DNA from: Dimorphilus gyrociliatus
Taxonomy: Eukaryota; Animalia; Annelida
Length of the DNA: 64,000 bases
Assembly: GCA_904063045.1 (NCBI GenBank)
Contig: CAJFCJ010000006.1
Coordinates: forward strand, 3,612,408-3,676,407
Direction: 5' to 3'
How positions within the stretch are numbered: position 1 is the stretch's first letter; the number at the start of each line of letters is the position of its first letter. The position numbers and the translations under genes were made by a program. Of this stretch, positions 48,985 through 62,221 are shown one piece after another. The notes beneath the pieces are model-generated. The model was not told the origin of the DNA. It did no database searches and saw only the letters and a list, made by a program, of their open reading frames with translations.

Positions 48985-50650
48985 CTAGAGAGTTTTATGA
49001 AAGGCAGCCGTTGTCTGATCCTTCGCCTTTCTAAGAATCTCAGCCGAGGCTTCTTCGTCAGCCGTTGTTTGATAGCCTATGCTCATACTATCACTTGAAA
49101 AAGTTACGAAAATTTCAACTGAAAAAATAATATTGAATGGAACAGTATTCTTTTCATTGGTTTTCATGCTTACATTCTGTATCTGTAGTATCGTTTTTTT
49201 CCAATGGGGTTGATTTTACGCCTAAAACGCCAGCAAATCTACCAGTGACGTCATTAACAAATCTAGAATCTTAAAGGAAAATAAATTTTATCACGCGATA
49301 AAGAAAAAAGGGAATCTTACTCATAAAACAATCATTAAAGACTTCATCAAGATCTGTAATAATACTATGAGATTTCTGTAGTTTCAGCGCCAGCGAATAA
49401 GCTAGAAGGGTTTTTGTTAGACTCTCTCCACTGCCAGTTGTCGATATGGCAATGCAATCATCATTTTTTTTATCAGCCCAACATCCAGCCCCATACATAG
49501 CCGCCTATTAGAAAAATCGATTGGTAGAGTAAAATTAAAAGGATAAACTGATTATATGCTATTTACTTGTCCAACTCTACCAGGTTGTTTAATAAGGATC
49601 CCACCGCTGGATACTCCTGCAACAACATTACCATAGCAATCAACGCAAACAGCTCCCACAGTGTCGTGAAGAATACTTTTATCTTGCTAAAAAAAAGAAA
49701 CCTCTTTGAAATATATCACTCAGAAAGAGTTATAACAATATTCAATTGTATTACATTACTATCGTTGGTTTTAAAAATATTCTCACTATCAACACGTTGT
49801 TTTTTAGAGGGTGGTAAGGAGTTTTCTTGAAACTTTTTTAATTCTTTGGTATATGCTTTTGTATATTTACAATGTTGACGAAACATGTCGTCAGAAATGA
49901 GCTCTTGAGATCCAACCACTTCCAAGTTTCTCTCTTTTGCAAATTTTTTAGCACCTTTACCGCATAACATACTGAAAGACAGAGATTTTAGGAAAATATC
50001 TTCTTTTAAATATGTCTATTGGTACTAACTTTGGAGGAATTCTTCCCATTAGATTAGATTCTACTTCTTCTTGATATACTAGAAGCTCATGAGCCAATTT
50101 AATTGGGTTTTTCACATCTAAAAAATACAAAGAAAATAGAGAAGGAGTTTAGAGATATTTATAATGCATACGAGAAACAGCTCCTATAGCTCCAAAATTA
50201 AGTGTTCTTCCACACATTATAGAGGCGTCACATTCGACGTCACCCGCAAAAGTTAGGTTCGATCCGTTTCCAGCATTTGTAATTGTATCATCCTAATAAA
50301 AAAAAAATGTTTTACATATACTTTATGTCATCCAGTGTTAATGTAAAAATACATTTCTACTCACTTCTAAGCAAGTTATTGCTAAGACAACGGCTTCTCT
50401 CGCTGACTTGCCGGATCGCAAAGCCTCAATTGCCTATATAATCAATAAAGGTTTAATCTTTATGGTAAATTTAATAAATTATACTGACGGCTCGACATGC
50501 CTTTCTTGCAAGAGCATTGTAATTTTCGCTTTTTTTTTTCGAGTGATAACCAGCACCTAACAAACAAAATATCGATTTAAAAGTTTTAATTGAAAAAAGG
50601 TTTTATTTACCGCAATGAATGGCAATAAAGCCTCTGGAAGTCTTAGACAT
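48985..50650 (-). CDS. TASP1: Threonine aspartase 1 (taspase-1), multi-exon
   Basis: FIAIHCG(AG), TNAGNGSNLTFAGDVECDASI, nucleophile motif DTVGAV, GVSSGG, PGRVGQ, STTGSGE. Confidence 0.92.
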
Positions 50651-50905
50651 CTCAAATACAAGCTATAATTAAGAAGTCAATGCTAATCTTCCAAGATATC
50701 CTCCAAAACATCTATTGTTCCTCAAATAAATCAATAATTCTCCTGGAATACTATCTACCCACAAAAAAAGAACGGTAGATGTCACTGGCAAGACGTAGCT
50801 TTCTGTCAAAGACACCGTAATACCGAACAAAATATTTTTTGTTTCGCTCAAGGCGACACCTACAGCAACTTATCATTTTTAATTTCATCTCTTTTTTAGT
50901 TTAAA

Positions 50906-52279
<1,374 letters not shown>

Positions 52280-53494
52280 AGTTTGAAACCTCTTCTATTA
52301 TACGGACATTCTGTTGTATCACTTAGATCTAGTCAATTAATAACAACAACAAACATTCCTTCAAATTAAAAAAAAAAGTTATGTTTTATTGATAGGAAAT
52401 ATTTACGAAAGTGCGTAACAACATAACTATTTATGACTTTATATGTTTGTCTTTATGGCAACTAAAGCTTTATTTGAATATTTTTCATTTTCAAAAAGAA
52501 AATTTAATGAATTAAAGAGGCCAGCACACAAATGATTATGAAGATTTGACACAACTAAAGGCGATAGAGTCGATTTCTTTGTTCGTCGATTAAAGAGTGT
52601 GTTGTTTTATCACACTTCTTCACTAATTTATCCCTTATGGTATTGTTATGTTGATTACCATTGTCACTGTAATTCTATTTTAGATTATAGATCACAAAAA
52701 GTTATACATGTTTTGTTAAAAGAAAGGTATAGTAAATCCTATCATTTGTTTATAAGTACTTAATTTTAGGCTTGTAATAGTATATGACAAAGTCTCTGAG
52801 TATTTACCTATCACCGAAAAGTTTGCCTACGCCCTTGGGAAAAGGCGATGGTAAAAATAAAACAGGGACCTGTCAGTCTTTACATTTTCATTTTTATCGT
52901 ATTGTTTTCTTTATCTATAGCTATAGTGTTCAGTATATTTTATCAAATAATCCTTTATTGTTGATCATTATAGTTGATTGTAATAACATGTCTTTTAACT
53001 ATTTTTAAATTAAAGGCATATTTGAAGTTAATCATTTAATCTTCTGCGATCAACAAGTGCGAATTATAATATATGGAAGATTGCTTTAATATAAAATAAT
53101 CAATAATTATCTTTTGCGCCTTAAACTTACCCACTTCTTTTTATTTGAACAACAAAATAATATTTATACTTTAGGAATTTAACAAAATACGAGCAACTAA
53201 TTTAACTTCTGTTCCGAAAGATAAAAGTATATAATAATAAGAATTTTGTAAGCTGCATAATTTCTCACATTACTTGGTAAGTATAGTTATTATTTTGATG
53301 AAGCTTCAATCTCAGGACATATGCTAGGCTTAAAAGACAATACCCTGGTTTTTTTTTTTCACATTTATTTGATCCAATTAAGTTTGAGTAAAATGTTCAA
53401 TGACGTGTCTAATACATATTAGGAATGTCATACAAACAACAACAATATGGCTGTCCATATATATATTCGCATTATCTATCATAGAACAACTTAA

Positions 53495-54825
53495 TTACTT
53501 AGAAGCATATTTTCTTTTTCCTTGCTCATTGATGACACAAATGTGCTGTTCAAAAGAGAATCATTACATTCAAAGTTCATTTTAAAGGTTTATTTTCTTT
53601 GACTTACAGATAAATCACGAAAGTGCTCATTGTAGTCAAGAGCATAGCCGACTATGAATTTGTCAGGGATCTCGAAACCAACATCTAAAAATGAAGGAAA
53701 ATAATAAGCTTTTATAATAATATTAATGACAATGAACAACGCTTACATTCAGGTCTATAAATACTGCTGGTGGTCCGTTTGACAAACAAGCTAGCAACTC
53801 TTACTTTCTTGGGCTTATATTTGTCTAATAGACTTAACAATTTCGTCATTGTACGTCCTGTGTCAACTATATCCTCACAAATTAACACATTCTGCAAGCA
53901 AAAAAAATCGATTCAAATCAAGCTTATAACCTGCATGACAATTAATGCTCTTATAAACTTCTTTCTAAATAAAATCACCAGTACAATGTATGATGGTATT
54001 AAAGGATGGGTTATGTTAACTTTACCTTTCCCTGCAAGTTCTCTAAATTGTCTCCACCTATAACTTGAATTTCACCCGTAGATTGATCATTATGATAACT
54101 CTTTAGACGAATAAAATCTAAAGAAATTGGCATAGAAACGGAAGATGTTCTCCCTAAAGCTTGTATCTTATCCAATAGATCCGTATAGAACTTGTATCCT
54201 CCCTAAAAAATAACAGCTTAAGATTTTCAGATTTTATATGTTGCAGACGTACTCTTTGTTACATATACTTTAAGAAGTAATATCTCTATTACATAATTGT
54301 CTTTAAATAGAGAGCATTTTTATATTTGTCTTTGTCAATGAAATGAAGGACATTGAAAATAGTCTCTGGTGAAAATGGCACAAATATACCCTTTTTCAGC
54401 CATTAAATATGATAAAATTTCTCTTTTCAACTGAAGGTAACAGGTATATGTACGTCAATACCGAACTATTACTTACTTTCAATACACAGAGAGCAACCGT
54501 AGGCTCTTTACCCAGTTCTTCGCAAATATTACGTGCCAAACGTTCGATTCTATGAAACATGTGTAAGTTTGGTTTAATTATTTTAAAGATGATACAATTA
54601 TCTCACCTATCGTCAACGCATCCCTTTGGGATCAAAATAGATTGAAGATCGTCTTCATAGTGTTTAGGTACCTACATGAATTAAAAGGCGTTAAATGTTG
54701 TTTTTATTTAAAATTAAGGAATCACAGGATTAATAAATATCGATTAAACTCACACAAAATAGATGTAAAGGATAACCCTCAAAATCATCGTCAATTTTCA
54801 CATAATTTTCCAACGAATTATCCAT
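53495..54825 (-). CDS. HPRT1: Hypoxanthine-guanine phosphoribosyltransferase, multi-exon
   Basis: [68 protein letters not shown]. Confidence 0.95.
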
Positions 54826-55134
54826 CGTAGTACGCTGATATATTTCACCTCGTGTTCCTCTTAGTTAGAACTGCATGTATCGCCTTCCGACAAACATTCT
54901 TAAAAAAGCGCCATCTGTATTTTATAATCAACCACCACTCTATTCATGCCGTTTTGACCTTATCGTTCCAACTTGTATTGTCCATATTTGTTCCGGCGTC
55001 TATTATATCAGTTGAGAAACGTATATTATAACTTGGTTAGTATTTTTAAGTAAAAATACTGAAATTGTGTCTCAAATTGTAATATCATTGAACTGGGCGA
55101 TAATACCAGATCTTTGACGTATTTTTCGATCTTC

Positions 55135-56303
55135 ATGAGGAATCTTACTTGTCTATTGAGAAAAACAATGAATAATCCATATTTGGTGAAAGAATTTAGG
55201 AGACAGTTTCTTAATCGTAATGGATATACCAGAACTTTTGGGTCCGCTCCAGGAAAGCCTGAGAAAGATGAGTTAAAAGATAACCCATTTTTTTCGAAAT
55301 ACGCCGAAAAATTATATTCATTAAAGCAGTTTGTAGTTCAACTATGACAGTTAGTTATATTAAGCTATTTAATTAATTTCCAATTGAAAGAACCGATCCT
55401 GAGGCATATGCGGCTAAACTAGAAGCTCTTAGTCAACAAAGTATCAGCACTCCTCCATCAAAGGAAGCAGTAGCTGAGCGAAGTGAAGAGAAAGGTGCAT
55501 CCGCTATAAAACAAACACCTCAGGTAATGGATAAAAATTGCTAGATCGTACATTAATATTGGTAATTCTTTACAGAGCCTTGATAAAATTATGAAAGTTA
55601 AATTACTTAGGGAGAGGAATAAAAAAGAAATAGAGGAAATTTGGTGTGAATATCATAAAAAAAACGACTGTGTCTTCGCCTGCATGTCTGCAAAAGAATA
55701 CGAAGATCAAAAAGCGAAAACCCAACGTTTTCCTTTAGTGTGTATACTCCATTTTAACTGCCGATATCTTTTTCATAAAATAAATATCTTTTTCAGTTTG
55801 TATATCCACTGCCACGAAAACAAGGAGTTGAATTTTTTCTTGCCCAATGGCAAGATAATCAATGTTTTATGACTCCTTTGTCGTTTTATCAGGTAATTTT
55901 AAGATAAAAAATTAAATTCTTGTGCAAAGTAAAGCTTTACTTACAAATTTTCTATTTTCTAAAAGCAACATCAAGAGAATGCTCCATTTGTGCTTACTCT
56001 GACGTACTACAATGAACTAAGTTCCGAAAAAGATATAGTATTAATGAATTCACAAATCGATTTTAATAACCTGGTGCGTATCTTTTGAATGAGATCGATA
56101 ATTTTAGTCGCGCTTTCTATTTCTTCCGACAGGATGTCACCGAAGCTCGTTTATTAACACTTCAAGTGAAATTATATTACTGTATAAATGATGCTAAGAA
56201 GTTAAGTTTATTGACAACCTTCAACGAAAATCCCGATAAATTCCGATACGAAGATTTAATAGAAGAACTAGAAACCCTTAATATGCCTAATGTTTCCAAA
56301 TAA
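55135..56303 (+). CDS. ATPAF1: ATP synthase mitochondrial F1 complex assembly factor 1 (ATP11)
   Basis: Basic presequence, NPFFSKYAEKL, LDKIMKVKLL...EIEEIWCEYH, PLPRKQG(V)EFF (spliced), LLTLQVKLYY, TFNENPDKFRYEDLI. Confidence 0.85.
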
Positions 56304-56469
56304 ATAAAGTTGAGCAGAATGTAACTTTTTTTCCGGAATGAGGGAACTCATAAGATTAAGCCTAAAAAAATATTTTCATTTATATATTGATTTCTTATTT
56401 AGTGAATAAAAATAACTTGAGTTAAAGATAACAGCTAACTATGTTTAAAACAGAAAGTTATCTCTGTAT

Positions 56470-56970
56470 TAAGAAATTCCAAGAGCTGCATATCTGCAAA
56501 CCTGTATTTTAATCACTTATACCAATACGTTTAGTACATCCATAATCTGCTATCTTTTGTATCAAGGGTTAAACTTTTTATGACGATTCTCTTAAAAATA
56601 ATTCACTTATGGTTGATGTGGAGAGATATACTTTTGATAAAATATCAAGTATATATAATAGATTTTGGTGATATTTTCTAACAAGAAATGAATATTTAAA
56701 ATCTCGCTTTAAAAGGTAAACAAAATTACTTATATATCATTAAAATTACATTTTATGGAATACCGTTCCCATATAATTAAACTAATTTCGTTTGGTGTGC
56801 TTGAAATATTAATTATTTGAAGAAAATTTAATGTTATAAGGTATCAATACAAATCTAAAATTCTCATCGATAATCTTTAAGAGGCGCCTGTAGCTAAATT
56901 ATTTCATCTGCCTCTATTTAAATAATGAAAGTACGGTGTTTACAAAGGTGCTATCCCTATCGATTTTCTC
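56470..56970 (-). pseudogene. Possible heavily decayed Ser/Thr protein kinase relic
   Basis: In kinase order on the minus strand, with stops and frame changes: EKIDRDSTF (56970..56944), LKIID (56880..56866), IINISSTPNEISLIIWE (56816..56766), KIADYG (56556..56539), RYAA (56495..56484), EFL (56479..56471). Confidence 0.35.
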
Positions 56971-57088
56971 AATTTCTGAAGGGCTTTTAGCCAAAATTTT
57001 AAGAAATTTTGCTTAATAATTAGAACTCATGTCTATGACTTTGTAGGACTGGTAAATTCAATTTTATGACTCTGTCGAATAATCCGTA

Positions 57089-57102
57089 GTGCCATCTAGA
57101 TG
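57089..57102 (-). promoter_or_regulatory. CTCF-like motif (CATCTAGATGGCAC on minus strand)
   Basis: 12/14 match to CCACTAGATGGCAC, intergenic between ATPAF1 and ADPGK. Confidence 0.4.
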
Positions 57103-57401
57103 AATAGTGACTTATTAAGATTCAAAGACTCATTGAAAAAATCTTATTGTAAAAGATCTGTAAAGGAGTTATTTGAGTCTGAGTAAATACGACTCGTCGA
57201 AGGGTAAAAATTAGTGAAAAATTCGTAAATACAAAGAATAAACATAATTAATATGGCTTTCTAAAAAACCATATGGCTTTTCCCACCAAAAATTATTACC
57301 TAGTTTTCTCTTATTGTTTAAAATAGAATAATTGTCGGCGAAAATAGATATTGATCCACTTTTGAAAATAGATTTGGCGCGGTTTTGTCGCAGAAAACAA
57401 T

Positions 57402-58869
57402 ATGGCGGTCATGGAAAGCGTTAAGGCTGGTCTTCTTGTAACAACACTGTCAATTTTGATTGCTTTATACTACAAGAAATCATCGGATCAAGAACTACGA
57501 AGTCATTTGGAAACCATTCTTTCGAATTTACTTCGAGCCGAAAAGAAATATCGTTTAGTTAAACCGAAACAAGTGATAGTCGGTATCGGGGCCTGTTCAG
57601 ATGCATTCGTGGAAGCTACTGAATTTCTTGATAAACTCAATATTTCTGCTCCAATTGGAAGTATGGGACATCCCGACTCCATTATGAGCCCTGATGATCT
57701 AGGAGAAATATTTGCATTTTTTTTCACCCAGGGCGCCGCATCCGAGTGAGTAATCGAAAATTTCATATTTTCATGCAGAGGTAAATCCCTTGCTTTGTAG
57801 ACGTTATGTGGCAAATAGGACATTTTGGGACATGGCTCTAGAAACCACTAAGACCATGGAAGCAAGATGGGTGTTGGGAGGAAATGCACCAGTGATTGCT
57901 AAGCGGCTTGTGGCTGAAGGACTGAAAGACGTCACACTGGGCGCTTATTTATCTAAGCCTTTGTTCGAAGATCTGTCAGAAAAGATGAACATTGTCGGTC
58001 AGGTGGTAGAGGTTGACGACGTGCACATCATACTAGAATATGAAAGGGATAGCAGATGGCAGCATTTAACTGCCCCGAGAGCAAATCGTTTTATAATTCA
58101 CGCAGATGTCCATAATTTGAAAATGAGCGCTTTAAAAGACATTGAAAATCATATACAGACCGAAAAGCCCCATGCTTTTGTTCTTGGCGGATTACAAATG
58201 CTGGATTCGACAGTTATGAACAAAGATGAAAGATCTAAATCTATAAATCGATTGAGTGCTTTATTGAGTTCTTTAAATGATGAGACACTTAGGCATTTTG
58301 AGCTGGCCTCTTTTGCAGAAAAAGACTTTTTTAGAGAAGTTATTGACAAAATAGTGCCACATGCCGATTCGCTCGGTATGAATGAGCAAGAGTTAATGAA
58401 TTTATATACTATGTTAGAAGATAACTCCGTAACATTAGTTTCTAATGCTCATCCTAGAATTGCGCTTGTTCTAGACCAAATGAGATCAATTTGGAAAGTT
58501 TTATCTCCAGGAAAACTATCCCGATTACATGTTCATACTCTCGCCTTTCAGGCCATAATGACCAAAAAAAATAAATGGTCTAATACTATGATTGCTGCAG
58601 CAAAGGCTAGCTTAACAGCATATCGTCATACATGTTCGTCAGGGGAAATCGATCTAGAAAGCGCAAGACTGCTCATGGATGAGTCGTTTGCAGTTGGAAG
58701 GAAAGAGGGATCACAGCGTATTAAATTTAATGCCGAAAAACCAGTAGCCTGCTGGGAAGAGGGCAATGCATTGATATGTGTTTCACCCGTATTAATTTGC
58801 ACCAATGTTAAACAAACAGCAGGAGGAGGTGATAATATAAGCGCAGCGGGTCTTGCCATGCAGTTGTGA
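57402..58869 (+). CDS. ADPGK: ADP-dependent glucokinase; join(57402..57745,57801..58869)
   Basis: N-terminal TM, FFTQGAASERY, WVLGGNAPVIA, APRANRFIIH, HFELASF, SLGMNEQEL, HVHTLAFQ, catalytic TAGGGDNISAAGL. Confidence 0.92.
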
Positions 58870-59488
58870 GAAGGACTTTTACACTACATCATTTCAATTT
58901 TACTCATTACTCAATAAAAATCTTTACAAACTTTTCAAGCATGTGTCAATGCATAATGAGATAAATATAGTGATAAATAGGAATCTTCAAAATTATGTCA
59001 TTAAAGAATACGTTTAAAACTACTCAAGTACGAGAATACAAAAAAAAAACTAGCTTAAAGCATTAAACAAAAATGCAACAAAGTAAATATATATGTATAT
59101 ATAAACAGTACTTGTCGTTTTATACTATAAATATATATATATACATACAAAAAAAAGACTTAAAAAAAAAAACAAATGTAGGGTAAAACTGCAGTGAACT
59201 AGAAGATTTTGAACACAGAATTCTGCAGCAATAAAATAAAGCGATTAATATATTTGTGGTGCAAGAACTTCAAGTTTCTTCGAGTACACTGGGCGAAATT
59301 CATTCTTTCAAGTAAGATTGTTGCCCATATAATATCAAGTTGCTCGAAATTGCGTCAGAAGAAAATAACCTGATGAGCGAACCTTTGTCTTGGATAAAAA
59401 AGGTCGTAAATATCGCTTAGGTTAAAAAATGTGATTTTTTGTCGGTTTTTTAGAGACAAACCAAAGTCTATTGTTTGCAAATGTCATT

Positions 59489-62014
59489 TCAATTTCTTCT
59501 TTGTCGTTTTGCTCTTGGGTAACCCCTTGCTGGAGCAGAGTGTTTGAGAGTGACTTGTGACTGGGCAGTTAATTGTAATTCAATGGCACTCGTGTTAAAT
59601 CTCGTTGCAGTGAGTAAAGACGATATGTTCTTCATCTTTGTTGACCGTAAAGTAAGTCGAGGCTCAATATTTAATTTCGTAGGGTAAGATCCCAGACTTC
59701 CATTATTATTTGTAAAAGGTTCTCCATGACCTTCATCTAAAAATTCCTTGTTTAGCAGTGCTTCACCGCAATTTCTAGCGATTTCATCGATCTTGGGTGA
59801 AGTCTCTCCAAATTCGCTGTACTGCTTTACAACTTCTTGAATATTTAAAGGTTTTTCATCATTGTTTTCTTTATCATCCTCTTTACAATTTTCATCCAAA
59901 TGAACTCTTCCTCTGGTATCACTATCGAATTTTGATAAGGAAAAGCAAACTTTATTTGCCCAAGTTATATGAAGAACAGGAGTATCGGAATCTTCTTCCC
60001 ATTGACAGACTCCATCATAAAACTATTTAAAGAAAATAAACAATATTTATATTTAAATGAGACAAATGTATGCAACATTGAAGGAAAATAAATCTAATAA
60101 TAAACGAATCTAAAGTATTTACTTGAAGTATATATGCATAACATTCAGGATCGCAAAGTAGAGAATCCCTGGAAGCGACGATACCAGTTGAAAAATATTT
60201 TACAATATCCGGAAGTAGGGAATTTGAAATTTCCAAAAAGATGTTATAAATCGATTCATCTTCTCTCGAATAATTATATCTAAGGAAAAAAAACGGCTAT
60301 CTTTAGTTTTGATACGTCTTGTATATAAATATACGAGTTTATATATAGTCCCAGACTAGCACCAGACAGGGCGCGTATGTTTATATAATATATATATGAA
60401 TATAAAAAGAATATAAAAAAATGAATAGGATTACTTTCTAATGACGTCGGCCGCTTCGCTCCAGCATTGTAAAGCTTCCTTATAAATTTTACGGCGATAA
60501 TAATGGTTGCCCAAAAAAGTGTATGGATAAACGTAGTGATTGTCATAAAATTTTCGATTGCATTCGATAGCTTTTTGATAAAGTTTGACAGGCGTGAGCG
60601 AGCTATTTGTCGATTTCAGTTCTTGTAGATCAGCCAACGTGCTTAATGCCGATGGATACCTTTTAATAGAAAGTAGGTTATTTATATAGGCCGGTTATAA
60701 AACTTTGTCCTATTAACTTACTTCTCTAAATGTCCCATATCGTATAACAGCCAAAGAAGAGCTTGTTGTAAGTTTCTTAGTTCCAAACTGTCAGTTGTTG
60801 CAGACAAGTGAACATCGATTGCGCAAATTAAAGATGCCACTTCCATCGGCCTTGTACATTTTAGTGCATAGCTATTCTGGTATCTCCAATTCCTCTCTTG
60901 AACACCTTGATCCGCTGTTTGACCTCGACGATCATCAGTACCTTTACCATGCCAAGTAACTTCTAAGCTTTTATCCAAACTTTTTCCAAAAACAATCCAT
61001 GAGTGATCTTCAGACAGGGCTAATCGAACATCGTTCCTTTTTAAAAGTTGGCATGCCGCTGAAACTCCATATGACACACCATAGGCGTCCAACTTACTGG
61101 CTGTTAAAAAAAAAGTGGCGAAGACTAAACTCAAAGTTTTTTTAATAAAACATAGAAAAAAATTGAACTTTATATAAACACTTATCAACACTAATCCCGT
61201 TAAAAGCTTTTGCTCACTCATTCTTAATCACCTGACACAGTTTTTGGTCTGAAGTCGTATAACATAACTTTACGCTCAAACTTTCATGTCATCACGTGGA
61301 GTAGTTGTTAATAGTCATGATAATTATTGCGCAAGAAGGGGTAATGTTTACAAAATACAAAACATAGTATCCGGGTGACCGTTGTTGCGCCATTGGCTAC
61401 TTGGAATATGCTAATAAGACGCGCGATTAGTAAGCGCGCCAATTTATTTACATTCGAAACGCTTGACAGCTTTTTAACCGAGCTTTATAGTATAGTAATA
61501 ATATATCATCTGTCCAACCGCAAAAGCTAAACGGTAGTAAATAAAGTAAGTCGTTGAATAGACCACAAGTAAATATTGCGATATGATTGCTTAACGCACC
61601 TGTCACGTAACTGAAGAGAGTCTGCATATGAGCCTTTTCTTTTTGATAACTGCGTAAGAGAGAGTTCCACACGACATCAGATACTTTTCGTAGGAACTCA
61701 ATCGTAGTTTCTTCGCGAGCCTTTTCAATTGGGCTGACATTTGATAAAATATGGGTTTCAAACTTCTGATAAAGTGCGTCGATAGTCGATAATTTCAATG
61801 GCGGGAACTCGATGTTACTTCGGTCAGCATCTTTCGCGCCATTTTTACAGGGACGACGATCAGTAATTGAGTGCTCAATAGCTCCAAGTACTAGAGAAAG
61901 GAGTATTAAATCAGGCTCATCCTGGTTCACGAGATGATTCTTAAACAATTCGACGACAGAAGCAATAGTTTGTAACGGGAACAGTTTCTTATCTCTTTCG
62001 CGAATCCGCGCCAT
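59489..62014 (-). CDS. MEN1: Menin, multi-exon
   Basis: LFPLQTIASVVELF, EPDLILLSLVLGAIEH, KVSDVVWNSLLRSYQKEKAHMQTLFSY, LALSEDHSW, YYDNHYVYPYTF, C-terminal LQLTAQSQV...KRQR. Confidence 0.95.
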
Positions 62015-62221
62015 GTTTTGACGAACGGTTCTATGACGTCAGCTGTTGAAAGAAAAACTACAAGTTTTGAAATACTAACATGGGGTTTTCAATAGGAGAA
62101 AAATCATTTTATCTAAAATTAGAAGGCGAATTCTGAATAACTAACCAGTAAAATATGCAGAAAAATACGAAAACAGATATCCTTTTCGACTGCTGCGGTA
62201 AAGGCTGGAAGAGAAATAAAA

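Noticed and set aside
53175-53420. LRR-like fragments on the plus strand (NLTSVPKD, MLGLKDNTL, LIQLSLSKM)
   Set aside because: Short, in different frames and easily produced by AT-rich DNA; no consistent repeat spacing.
61200-61300. Possible C/D snoRNA in the menin intron (GTGATGA on the minus strand)
   Set aside because: No CTGA D box at a suitable distance and no terminal stem.
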